Source: Oikopleura dioica (taxonomy: Eukaryota; Animalia; Chordata). Taken from it: a stretch of 64,000 nt of DNA. Positions 26,883 to 38,850 of the stretch are shown one piece after another. The notes beneath the pieces were generated by a model. The model did not search any database and was not told where the DNA came from. It was given only the letters and a program-made list of their open reading frames with translations. Location of the stretch: contig OU015566.1 of assembly GCA_907165135.1 (NCBI GenBank), positions 13,206,001 through 13,270,000 of the forward strand, read 5' to 3'. A program made the position numbers and the translations under genes. How positions within the stretch are numbered: the stretch's first letter is position 1; each line of letters starts with the position of its first letter.

Positions 26883-29235
26883 ATGGATTTGAATAAATCT
26901 GGGTCGCAAAACGAGACGATATTCAAGAGGGTTGAAGAAATCTCAAAACTGCTTTGTCTGGTAAATTCGATGTTCCCTGGAGTCATGGAAGAATAACGGT
27001 TTTTCCTAGTCGAATCGACAAGTAACCGATGATGCTCTGCTCAACAATCTCCTAACAGAACTGAATAAATACATCATCAAATGCAAGAAACAGTCCGAAC
27101 TAAAAGCAAGGAGCGCCGAATTCCTCAAAATCTTGCGAGAAGCATTCAACAACTGCGAAAATCTGAAGGCTAACAATCTTGCATTTTTGATCGAGTTCTT
27201 CGGCAATTCGATTGATTACTTTGAAGCTCCGGTGTGTATCAAGAGCTTTTTGAGGCTCCAAGAAAGCGATATTTTTGAAAAGGAAGCGTTGATCAGAAGT
27301 TCTTGGCTATCAGCATACACTGGTTTCATCGAAAGATTCGAAGAAGTAAAATCTTATATTTTATCAGCAATTATAATCCTCATTCAGGAAATCAGCAACG
27401 AAGAAGCCAGAGAAGTCATTCAAAAGCTTTCCAATGATATTTCTGTCTTCGTCTCCCGCCAAGCTCAACTCACAACGATCGCTCTTCTTCTGCGTAACAA
27501 AGAAAATCAAGACGAATTCGAAAAGATCGTTAATGATTGCGTCTTCCCCTCTTCTGATTTTCTCTACTCGCTTCTCGTCAATGTCAAGAGAATGAAATCT
27601 TCGGGAACAAGTCCTGTCGAGCTGTGTAAGAAGATTTATTCTTTGATGTCCAAGGAGCAGAAAAGCGCTAGAATCGTCGAACTTTATTTGGACATGCATT
27701 CAATAGCAGCCGCCCCTGGTCTTTCTGAAGACGAATGTTTCGAGATCACCGACGAGTTTTTCATAAAGGAGCATTTTCGTATTCACACGCTGGTAGCTTC
27801 GATGCAAGATGATCCAAATACCGCCGTGGGTGGATGTTTACAAAGAATGCTGGCAATTTTGGACGATGAAGAACAACCACATGTGCAGTTTCTCGATGTT
27901 TTGAAGAAAATTGATAATTATCTGGAAAGTGTTCAACAACAAGTTTCTTACTCTCAAAATCTATATTTTGAACTCTCAAAAGTCACCTGAATGCAGACTC
28001 TTAGTTGTTAATTTTTACAAAAACTACTTCAAAAATATGCCTCCAGTCTTCAACAAAAAGCTTCAATTTATGACGATAAAAATCTTCGTTCATTTCATGA
28101 CAACAAATACTTCTGAAGATTTCGAAAAAACACTGTATTCAACCCTCTTCGAAGTTTTGACAAATGATCGTGTTTCTGAAAAGGTAGCTCTTTATCACTT
28201 GAATTATCAAAGAAATGTTTCAGCTAAAATATCCAATCTACTTGGCCTTTGGGTATTTGACGAACAATGACTCCGTGAAAGAAGTCTGCAAGTATATTCC
28301 AGATGCTTATGGCGCGATAACAATTGAAAACTGGCAACTGAAAGATTCTATTCTGGAATGCTTCTATGAATGGTCGAAGAAGAGTTTTTCATATGATGAG
28401 AACTTCATCAAACAGTCGGAAGCGATTCTGAAAAATGCAGTAGAAGATGAGAATCCTTCCGTGAGGACGAGCGGGATCAGGAAAGAGTTCAAAACTTGGA
28501 ATTTCAGAGAAGGCTCTCAGTTAGTTACTGACGCTTTACAGAACTCCGAAAAGAGCGTACGCACTTTTTGCAGAAATCAACAAAGAAAAATGTCCAGAAA
28601 TTCTTGTTCAGCTTCTCGAGCGAACGACTAGCGACATGGACTTTAGTACTCGTCGAATGGGAGTGCTCACCGTCTCAAGAATTCTCAAAAATATACAGTC
28701 TCCATTTGAGCATTCAGAGATGGAAGCGATCATACACGACACATCCCCAATTCTGGAATACAAGCGCCGGAAGATCAACAACTTGTTGAGCTTAATTTCT
28801 TACATGGTTCGTGATGATGATTGGGAAGTGCGTAAGAACATTATTGGCTTGATCTGTGAATGTAAAGATCGCAATGAAGACAGTAAAATAGCCGCTTATT
28901 TAGAAGAAATGCTAAAGCTACTCATTGAAGACCAAGTTGGAATAGGTAGGGTCATATTTAAACATGTATAAAGGGCCCTTAATTTGGACCCTTATTTGTT
29001 AATACAATGTCTATACACGTTTTCTTCACTTTCCTCTTCGAAAATTTATTTATTTCTAGTTTCGGATGCAGCAAAACGAGCTCTCGGAATAGAGCTCTCA
29101 AGTCGGAAGGAATACAGTACCGAGAGGCTAGAAGAAATTCTGACAGACATAGAGTTGAACCTGGCCGTGATTCATGAAGAAGGAAAGCTGGAATTTTCAG
29201 ATAACGAGATGGATAACTTTGCTGACTGCTATTAG
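26883..29235 (+). CDS. BRAT1: BRAT1-like ARM/HEAT-repeat Integrator cleavage-module assembly factor
   Basis: Helical repeats with EDENPSVRTSG and DDDWEVRK, matching remembered BRAT1 motifs DEESYVRAS and DLDWEVRA. The C-terminus ...NFADCY* matches the human ...EADCY end. Confidence 0.75.
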
Positions 29236-29685
29236 ATGAACACCGGCGTTATCACACTTTACTGATACTGTCAATTTGCACACGGATAATAAACTTCTAC
29301 TGCCGAAAACTGACGAAAGCAGTTTATGAAAAAAAAACTGCAGAAAATTTACGTCTTTTGATTTATTAGGAGCAGGAAAGATGGCGAATTTGAAGCGTTG
29401 TTTTTATAAACCAAAACGATGCGATTTCTCCATGGGGGCATTCCAGAGACGAACTTGTTCGAGCGGCTCAACTGTAGGATTCCAGCGGGGGAGGACGTCT
29501 CGACCGGATTTAAATCGCTTCCACAAGTAAAACCCCATGTCTATTTTTGCAGAAATATAATTACGAATAAAGACTCTTTACAAAATCTTACAGGCGAGGC
29601 AACTAATGACGATTACGATGAAAAATATTCCCATGATGTTGTTCTTCTTCGCTTTCCCACGGCTCTATTTTCTTTCAATAGATGT

Positions 29686-30321
29686 TTTCAAAAAACTTTT
29701 TTGTGGGGCCGGAAATCGTAAAAAAAACTGCAAGTGCAGTTTTCTTCAGCTCGTCGAGACGAGTCGAATGATGGGTCTAACTCTTGATAACTCTAAGGAT
29801 TTACCGGTTTACCGGCTGGTTACCGGAAAATACGTTGTCACCGGCCGTTTTTGTTCTAGAAGTGATAAACAGATGATCGACCCAGGAAATTGTTCCTTAT
29901 AGTCAGTTCTACAGCAGGCTAAAAGATGAGAGTCGTATCATTACTCCGAAGAGAGTTATCACTAAAAACAGTAAATTTTGCATAAATTTCGTTGTCGCTG
30001 CACGTTCCTGATTTCTAGTCCCATTTCCGCCAGAAATAGTATTTTAGTGATAACTCTCTTCGGAGTAATGATACGACTCTCATCTTTTAGCCTGCAGTAG
30101 AACTGACTATAAGGAACAATTTCCTGGGTCGATCATCTGTTTATCACTTCTAGAACAAAAACGGCCGGTGACAACGTATTTTCCGGTAACCAGCCGGTAA
30201 ACCGGTAAATCCTTAGAGTAATCAAGAGTTAGACCCATCATTCGACTCGTCTCGACGAGCTGAAGAAAACTGCACTTGCAGTTTTTTTACGATTTCCGGC
30301 CCCACAAAAAGTTTTTTGAAA
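29686..30321. repeat. Near-perfect long inverted repeat (foldback): arms about 280 bp, spacer about 75 bp
   Basis: 29686-29967 is the reverse complement of 30042-30321 with only a few differences. Confidence 0.95.
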
Positions 30322-31353
30322 TCATCATAATTCTTAAGTTGAAAAGTATCAAGGAAAGAGGCTATCTCCCTTCAGCTTCTTCACGGACGAGTGATCAATC
30401 GTATGGAACATTATACGGCCGAGGGCGGAATTATGTATCGATTTTTAAACACTGAGACTGAAATTTGATAATTAGCTCGTTTGGGCGCGTGAAAGATTTA
30501 GGATTTCAAGTGGAGATCAAGGACTGTATCGAGTAGGCAACGAGGCTTGATGATTTCTTTGCACATTATTTTACCGCTTGGCTTGGCAGATGCATCCATC
30601 CTGCTGTGCCACGTTTGACTCAGAATAACGAAAAAAGAGTTCAGCAGTTCTTTACCATTGAGTCTTCACTGTAGATTCTAGAGGCAAACACAAGCATTTT
30701 CATCATTGAGTACTTTGGCCGCTTACTACGACATCTGATAATATGCTCTATCTAAAAATACAGTATTTTACAGTCTGTCATATATTCTTTGACGTGTACC
30801 TTCAATTCTTGTTGTATATTTTGCTTTCTTCCAGAATCAATTATTGACTCTTTTTTTGTCTTGAAATAAAGACCTTTGATTATTATTTATAGTCGTCGTG
30901 TTTCTTGAGAAATCTCAGTAGATAGCGTCTCCTAAGAAAGTTCTCCAACATTTGGCATGAACTTTTGGACACTTGTCTTATCAAAAACATGGATATATTT
31001 ATCTGAAATTGACGATTAAAAATTTAAGGATATAAACAAGACTTTCTTCTATGTCTCCTTCGCCGAAGCATGTGACATGCTGCATCTAGCAGCCTGTTAT
31101 GGCGCTAGCAAAGAGCATCATCATCATCATTCGAACAGTTCTGGAAACCTTGATGTTATAGTAATGGACAAGCAAAAGAGTATACTACCCATTAGGGACT
31201 TTCATACTGTTTTTCTTCGTTTTCAAGACACTTAGCTCGAGTGCCTGTGAATAAATTTATCTCCCTATAAAACCAGAAGGCGCTAACAGACGCCAACCAA
31301 ATTCGATTAAACAAGATAAAAACGACAATAAGACAAAATAAGTCCAAAGAAAA

Positions 31354-31689
31354 ATGAGAATCTCAAAAGTTCTGTTCACTCTTTTTTTCGCCCTTTTTGC
31401 TGCCCAAGAAACGGAAATGAAGAAGACTGAAGTCACTGGAGACATGGAGGAGAATCGAAATCAGCAGATGAAAATGATGAAGAAAAAAAGTGCAATTGAG
31501 GAAATTATCGCGAAGAGAAATGACTTTTTGAAGAACTTAGAGGTACATTTGCGAATAAGGGCGAGTCTAAGCAAAGTTAAGAAACTGAAATCGAACGATA
31601 TGAACACACTTGATGGATACCTAGGAAAATCGCTCAACTATGGCCGTCCTCACTCCGACAGAATGTTTCAATTTGTCCGACTCGTTTGA
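31354..31689 (+). CDS. Small putative secreted protein/propeptide
   Basis: TATAAAA at about 31266 and a hydrophobic N-terminus MRISKVLFTLFFALFAA, with basic clusters (KK, KKK, KR). The 3' structure is uncertain. Confidence 0.4.
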   Translation: MRISKVLFTLFFALFAAQETEMKKTEVTGDMEENRNQQMKMMKKKSAIEEIIAKRNDFLKNLEVHLRIRASLSKVKKLKSNDMNTLDGYLGKSLNYGRPHSDRMFQFVRLV

Positions 31690-31873
31690 TGACCCTCTTT
31701 TTTTACTTGTTACTTTTTTCAGTTTTTCAGTGAATAAATTTTTATAATAAAAAATCGGTTGTTTTTGAAAGTCGCGCAGCTGTTTTTTGTTATGAAAAAG
31801 AAGTCAAAATCGAGATTCGATCAGCGAGAAAAAAACGGTTGTTCTGATTTTCGCCATTCAAAAAAACGGAGAA

Positions 31874-34800
31874 ATGTCGCCACCAGCGCCGGATTTTATT
31901 CCGACTCTGGACCCGAAAGAAGAGCCGGATTCGTTAGAGTTCCACAGCGTCACGTGAGTGTTCCATCAATCGTCGAGATATGAAATTGAGCTTTCAAGAG
32001 CTACTGAAACTCAACTAGACTTGAAATTTCAACGACCGCTAGAAGAATTGAGACGGAAGGGATCGACAAGAGGGTTAGATCCAGTTTTAGAAACGCCAGA
32101 GAAAAAGTAAGTCACATGATTTTTATTGTGGTGAGATTCTTGAACTTCAAAAAATTTGAATTCTATCCCCTTAATTGAAATTTTAAGCAAAGTAAGGACT
32201 TCATTTTACTTTTAAGTGGGTAGTCAATAAGTATCTTGATTTGCAAGCGGATTTCTTTTTCAGTAATAACGAAGTGAGTCCCTTATTCCCCATAAAAAAG
32301 GGGAAAATAAGGGTGTCACTATGTTTAATCCGCAAGAAAAGTCCACTTGTAAATAAAGATACTTGATGACTACTTCCTTGAAAGTAGAATTAGAAGTTGG
32401 AACATTTCTTAAGGGGGTAGCCTTCAAATTGTTTGAAGGTCAAAAACTTCGTTCAGATAATATCTCATCTGAAGTTTGCGTCATTTTTCGTTTTCTGTTT
32501 GCCGAATTTTTACTTTTGAAAAAGGCAAAAAAAAGAGGCCGAAAAAAGCTGAAAAACTGACGAATAAAGAAAATCGATGAATCATTTTTTTGTTGCTCGT
32601 ATTCACTCGCCAAACACCAAAGCCGGAGAAAGATAAAAAAACGGCGGATTTATTTAGCTGACCTTTTTTGTTTTATTTATGACGCCAGAGAGAAAATATT
32701 TTCGAAAACGAAAAAATGAGAAAACAAAGAGGAATAACTTTCTTCAGAAGAAAACTTAAAATTCGATTTTGATTTACTTTGAATCAATTTATCTCTTTTT
32801 AAAAATTAATTAAGGGTGCTCCCTCAGGAGTTTTTTTCCAGGAAAAAAGTTGAAGGTTTCTGTTAATTTTTAACCAATCTTTTTCTTTCGGAAAAAATAT
32901 CGCTTGGGGTAACCTTAATCTGATTTTCTAACAACGAGTTGTTTCAGAATGGCTCGTCGTGGGGAAGACGAACAGACAAAGGTGAGTTCTTACTGTAATG
33001 ATCTGTAAATGTCAGATTTTAAACACAATTTCTGACACATAATTTCGCTCTCACGCAAGAATTTTTATCATAACAATTGAAGATAACATTTCGCGGCCTG
33101 GAGCCGCGCATCCTTGCCAAGAACAAGGGTACTCCTCTTTTGCCATCCTTGAATTCAGCCGTAAGACCCTTTTTAACAATCTTAGTTCTCATTTTTCGAA
33201 AATTGCTCTAGAGCTACTTCCAGTTAGCTTTATAAGGCCTCCCTTTCTAGTAGAATCGTCATTTTCAGGGTGGTCTTATATTTCCTACTTTCTGTAGCTC
33301 TCATTTTTCGAATCATTAGAAACTAACCAAAATGTTGTCTCGTCGATTTACTGTCATCTTCTGAAGTTAAAAAAAAGAAAACACGAAAGGCTACTTTTCC
33401 CAATTAGAGATTGAGAAACGCCGATTCTCAGTTTGAAAATCACACCCGATCGAAAAGTTAAAATCAACCCTCTTTCAATCGCCCAAAATGGATATCCACG
33501 AACTTGAGAATGAAATCAAGTCGTTACAGGCGAATTTTGACCAGCTTCCCGGTTGGGTTGCGCAGAGATATTTGACAGAATACGAAGAGGTACCCTTATC
33601 AAAGTGATTTTTAACCCATCCAAGCGCGTACGCCAATTTTTTGGTAAAATAGGGCAAAACGCGTGTTATTAATCATTTTACCAACAAAATGGGTTGTCTG
33701 CCCGCCTGAGTTAAAAGAATTATTTTCGTCTCAAACTTTCGTCAATTTTCGAGTCAAAAAATCTCTAGATGCCAAAGAGCTCTCATCGTCCAAGCGCGCA
33801 TCCTTATTTTTGTCCAAAAAATAACAGAGAAAAAAATCAATAGAAGAGGAAAAAAAGATGGACAGTTCAAAGTATTCTATGGGATCGAGAATTGTAAGAA
33901 CACTTCATCTCAGTTTTCGAGGACTCTTGAAATTCGGAAACTACCGATTTTTCAAAAATATATTTTATCAATTTCAGATTTGTCAAAATCAATTAACATC
34001 TGAATCGGGACTGAAAATAAAGAATTTAATTCTACAAGTGCGATAAGAATTTATCACCGGTTGGTCGAAGCCAACTGTTGCTTCCTGTCCCCCTTGGCCA
34101 GGTCGGGGATTATCATCCGGCGGTACATTTTTCTTGCAGCAAAAAAATAGAAAACCGCAAAAAATAATATAAATTCATAGCTTTTTTGTTCACAATAAAA
34201 AAATGTCCGGAAAAGATGTCCGAAAAGGGCGGACCACTAGAGGGAGCCTTGGATCTGGGGTAAAGTCAGATCAATTCAAGAGACAAACATTTAACCAAAA
34301 CAAAAATCTTTTACTAATTTTCATAGAGAAGCACGCTTTCGCATTCGTAACACTATTGTACTAATCGTAGTTTTATTCTCCTCTATCTCTCTTTTTAAAA
34401 TATGCTTTTAGGTTGGGGGAGAAACCCTTGGCGGCTTCATTGGTTTCGCCAACTTGCCAAATCAAGTGCACCGAAAATCGGTGAAGAAGGGATTCGAGTT
34501 TACTTTGATGGTCGTTGGAGAATCGGGTCTTGGAAAATCGACGCTAATCAATTCTCTCTTCCTCACAGATCTCTACCCCGATCGAGAGCTTCCTGATGCC
34601 GAAGCTAAGGTTAGACGACCGACTGTCGAATGACTGTAACTGCCCTTTTCCAGATCAAACAAACAGTCTCAATGGAAGCCTCGACAGTTGAAATCGAAGA
34701 GCGCGGCGTGCGACTCCGACTCACCGTCGTCGATACTCCCGGCTTTGGCGACGCGATCAACTCTTCAAAATGCTACGATCCAATTCTCGAATACATCGAT

Positions 34801-35856
34801 GCGCAGTTCGAGCGATATCTGCACGACGAAAGCGGACTCAACAGAAGAAACATTTCCGATAATCGAGTCCACTGCTGCTTCTACTTTATCTCGCCTTATG
34901 GACACGGCCTCAAGGTAAAGAAAGCAAGAGTTATTTCTGCAGACACGTCGCGATATAACGACGTTTTCTCTCGCCCTATCCAAGGCTTGCAAAAGAGGTC
35001 ATTAAGACATGATGTCTCTGTTGAACTGATAACCCAAGAAAGCCGCTAAAACCAGCTAGAATCAACCTTTTTACCTAGCCACTGGACATTGAATTCATGA
35101 AATCTCTTCACAACCGAGTAAACATCGTGCCAGTCATCGCCAAGTCGGATACATTGACGAAACAGGAAGTCAACAGGCTCAAGAAACGCGTTCTCGACGA
35201 GATCGCCAAGGTATACATTTTCTTAAAACCATTTTCAACCCTCTTTTCAGCACAATATCAAAATCTACCAACTTCCAGACGTAGAAGACGACGAAGAAGA
35301 AGACTACAAGGAACAGACTCGAGTGCTAAAGGTAGAAATTTCTATGAATTTCGAGGATTACAATACCACTTCTAGCAATCGATTCCCTTCGCCGTCGTCG
35401 GCTCAACGACAACTATCGAAGTGAAGGGACGAAAAGTGCGCGGACGGATGTACCCTTGGGGCGTCGTCGAACTCGAAAACGACGAGCACTGCGATTATCT
35501 CAAGCTCCGAACTATGCTCATGTAAGTCCCTCCTTTCAATTTCATTTCCCTTATCTTCGCTTCAGCTCGCACATGCAAGATCTCCAAGAAGTGACACACG
35601 ATCTGCATTATGAAAATTACCGAGCTACTCGACTCGACCCCGAGAATGTTGTCGAACCAGTCAAACCAGGTATTTTCCCTTTATTTTGCTGGTTCTTTCA
35701 TACCAATCCTTTCTTTCAGGAAAACAAGCATCTGGCAACACTGACGCAAAACTCCGGGAAAAAGAAGCCGAGCTGGCGCGAATGCAAGCCATGCTCGCCC
35801 AGATGCAGAAACAGTTGCAGATGCAAAACGACGGTCAACAAACTCACCAGCTATAA
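31874..35856 (+). CDS. Septin of the SEPT2 group (SEPT4/5-like), with alternative N-termini
   Basis: [89 protein letters not shown] and a coiled-coil tail. Upstream exons 31874-31953, 31999-32106 and 32948-32981 splice in frame. Confidence 0.9.
32141..32442. mobile_element. Degenerate about 300-bp foldback element in a septin intron
   Basis: Nested imperfect inverted pairs: TGAACTTCAAAAAATTTGAA..CTATCCCCTTAA with TTAAGGGGGTAG..TTCAAATTGTTTGAAGGTCA; TAGTCAATAAGTATC with GATACTTGATGACTA; GCGGATT with AATCCGC; CCCTTATT with AATAAGGG. Confidence 0.5.
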
Positions 35857-36170
35857 TCCCAAATTCACGCACTCACTCACCCTCTTATCAATATTCTTCC
35901 TGTGTTCGAAATTAAATAATAAGGGCATGTCACCAATCTTCTACTAACCTCACAGCCGAGCGTGTTCGAGTTGACTCTTTTCTTTGACCATTTTCAACCC
36001 TTTTTTCATCATCACAGCCTGCGCTCTACAAAAACAGACAGTGTAAAGAACAAAAATAATAAAGTATAAAATCACAAAGAAAAAAATCTTTCCTTTCATT
36101 AGAAATTCTACAATTGTAGAATTTGGCATGAAAAAATTATCACTAAAAAGCTCATTTCTTTGAGAAAAAG

Positions 36171-37538
36171 ATGCCGATTCTGATAAATGATTTCACCTGG
36201 GAGCAAAATGACAACTTCGTGATCGTGAATGTCAACCTCCCCGTTGGGCACGTGACCTCCAAGGCGGAAGTCAAGGTTGGAGAGAAGATGATCTCAGTAA
36301 TGAGTCAAACGCATCTCTTCCGAATCGCTCTTTTCCGGGGAATCAATGAAGAGGAATCGACGATGAAACTGCATCACCAGAAAATAGAATTCAATCTGGC
36401 GAAGGTGGATAAGATCCCATGGGAAGATTTGACGAAGAAGAAATCGGGCAAGGAACTGACGGAAATGTACATAGAGCTTCTTGAGCAGGAGAGAAAAGAT
36501 ATCGAAGCCAAGGGAGAAGCAAGAAGGATCAAATTCAGGTAAGATCAACAGCTTTTCTGGCCTCATTCCGGATTCTAGAGCCGATAAAGACTCCTCCGTC
36601 CACAATCAACTCGCCGCGGAAGAAGTAAAAAGAACCGAGCGAAACCAAATCAAGCAATTCGAACTCGACCTGATCTCGCAAAAAATCAAAAATGAAAAAT
36701 TCATGCAAGAAGCTCAAGCCAAAAAAGCAGAAGCAGAAAAACAACAGGCGAAAAAAGACGAGAATAGTGGAGAAAAGAAGAAAAAGTCGAATTCAGAAAT
36801 CGAATTTTCAGATGTCAAAAAAGAGCCGACAGTTTCAATTCGCAGATCGAAAATGCCCCCACCGAGGTAGACCCTAAATTTGAGCTTATTGTTAGCCTTA
36901 TTTTTAGGCAGCGAGGAAAAATCACGGTCGCTTTCACCGAGCGCTCCTTCCCAACGCCTCTTCGCGAGTCGAACAAGCCCGAAGAAGACGCCTGGCTGCA
37001 GAAACAAGCCGCTGCTAGAAAACGCGTCGAATACGCAAATGGAGATCTCACAGAGCAAGACAAAGAAGATGGATATTTGGAGGGCAAGGCGGCGAAGATG
37101 GTCAAAAATGGAGACTTTCAGTCAGCTGTTAATGCGCTCACCATTGCTAGCAAGATGTTTCCAAGAAAACCAAGGTAAGAAGCTTGAAAAGATCCCTTGA
37201 AAATAAAGCTTCCTTTTAGCATTTATCTGTTACGCTCTGAAGCAAACCTCGGAATGCAAAACGCAGTGCGCGCCGCTGAAGATGCAGCACGCGCCTTTGA
37301 AATGTACCAACCACCCGTTCCTGCGAATTTAGACGAGCGCGTCAAGTGCCACATCCTTCGCGGCTCCGCACTCCGCCGCTTGCAAATGTACACCGAAGCG
37401 TTGATGGATTTCGTCGCAGCGGAAAAGCTCAAGCCAAAAGACGAGGAGATCCAACAATACTGCACCGATCTGCGAAATATTATTCAAAACAACGGAGGCG
37501 ATGACTGGAAAGAAGAGTGGGAAACTGACCTGCTTTAG
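36171..37538 (+). CDS. DNAAF4: Dynein axonemal assembly factor 4 (DYX1C1): CS/p23 domain, coiled coil, TPRs
   Basis: N-terminal MPILINDFTWEQ, MPPPR..GKITVAFTERSFPTPLRESNKPEEDAWLQKQ, DGYLEGKAAKMVKNGDFQSAVNALT, and a TPR containing RVKCHILRGSAL. Confidence 0.88.
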
Positions 37539-37871
37539 ATTCTTTGATTGAAATTTACACATCTGCCAAACTATATTTTTTTACTTTCAATATATTTTCA
37601 TGAACATCAAAGAAAAAATATTCTAAAGAGAACTTTATCTCAAAAGGTTTATCTTTTGAAAACGTTTATTCTATATGAAACACAGTTTGGACGGTAAATA
37701 TCAGTCACTGGCGTCAGCCATGACGACATCTCGGAAGAATTTGACGAAGCCAAAGAGGATGAAACTTCCCACGAGCAAGAAAAAGATTAGTACAAAGATT
37801 GTATTAACTTTTTGTGCACATGTTGCCTTGTTAGGAGTTCAGCGCTAAATTCTTCAAAGCGAGAGAACTCG

Positions 37872-38073
37872 CTATTTGCAACTACAGTTTTGAACTCCAA
37901 CCTCTTGAAAGCTTGCAGGCTAGGAGAAAAGGCGTTGATTTAAACAGGTCTTGTCAAACTTGACATACCTGCTGAACCTGGTTGCACGCTCGAACTGGTT
38001 GTTGAACATTCATTACTTGTTGGACGTTTACGACGACAGGCTGCCCCTTGTCGCAGTTTTTCGCTTCCTGCAT
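37872..38073 (-). CDS. Putative 50-aa Gln/Val-rich micropeptide (two exons)
   Basis: MQEAKNCDKGQPVVVNVQQVMNVQQPVRACNQVQQ|PASFQEVGVQNCSCK*, with a canonical phase-0 intron at 37920-37968 (GTATGT...CCTAG). Confidence 0.35.
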
Positions 38074-38850
38074 AACTTAGTGAAATAGAACGGTTAAGAA
38101 TAAGATACCGTGCCACTGACTTCCGCCGCCGACATAATTTCAGCAAATTTTAAGAATTTTAAAGCAACTGATTAAAGCATGGGTTGAAAATTTTTGGACA
38201 ACAAGTTTTTCTAGAGAAAGCGTTTCACCTTAGACCGCAAAAAGTCGATTTTAAGAGTTTTTACCAAACTGCGATTACCTGCTGCCAGCAGGCTGCTGGC
38301 GACCCTGCTGGGTGAGGTCTACGAGAATCGTGATTTCTGTAACCAAAAATGCGGAAAAACCTGCTTAGATAGGCAAATTATGACTTTTCTTTTGGAAAGA
38401 AAAGGGCGAGAAAATGACGACGATGTTGAGCAAACGTTCTTTTTTTTTCTAAATTTGGTACTAGTAGTCTATTTTTATCACTTTTAATATGCGCCATTTC
38501 TTTGATATTGTCGTCATCTTGGCAAAAGATCAAGTTTTTAATGAGATTTATCCTCTTTGATTAAATTTGATTAATTTTATATTTTATTTTATTTGTACAG
38601 TTTGTGCTCGCAAATACTGTAATGTAAGATGGTCATGGCAAATATTCAAAATCTTTTCTTATACAGTCATTTTGGACAGGAAATTCTCGGACGTTTTTCG
38701 ATTTTAGGGGTTTTTGGGGGTTCTTTTTATAAATAAAGGGGACAAAAATGTCAAAAAAATAACCACTTAAAAATTGACTGTAATTAATTTTTGATAAAAA
38801 TTCTGTACAGTACAGAAAAAAAGACAGAAGGAAATGACTTTTTCGGAAAG

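Noticed and set aside
29381-30760. Possible gene flanking the long hairpin
   Set aside because: Frames are short and interrupted, I could not build a consistent splice model, and no family was recognised.
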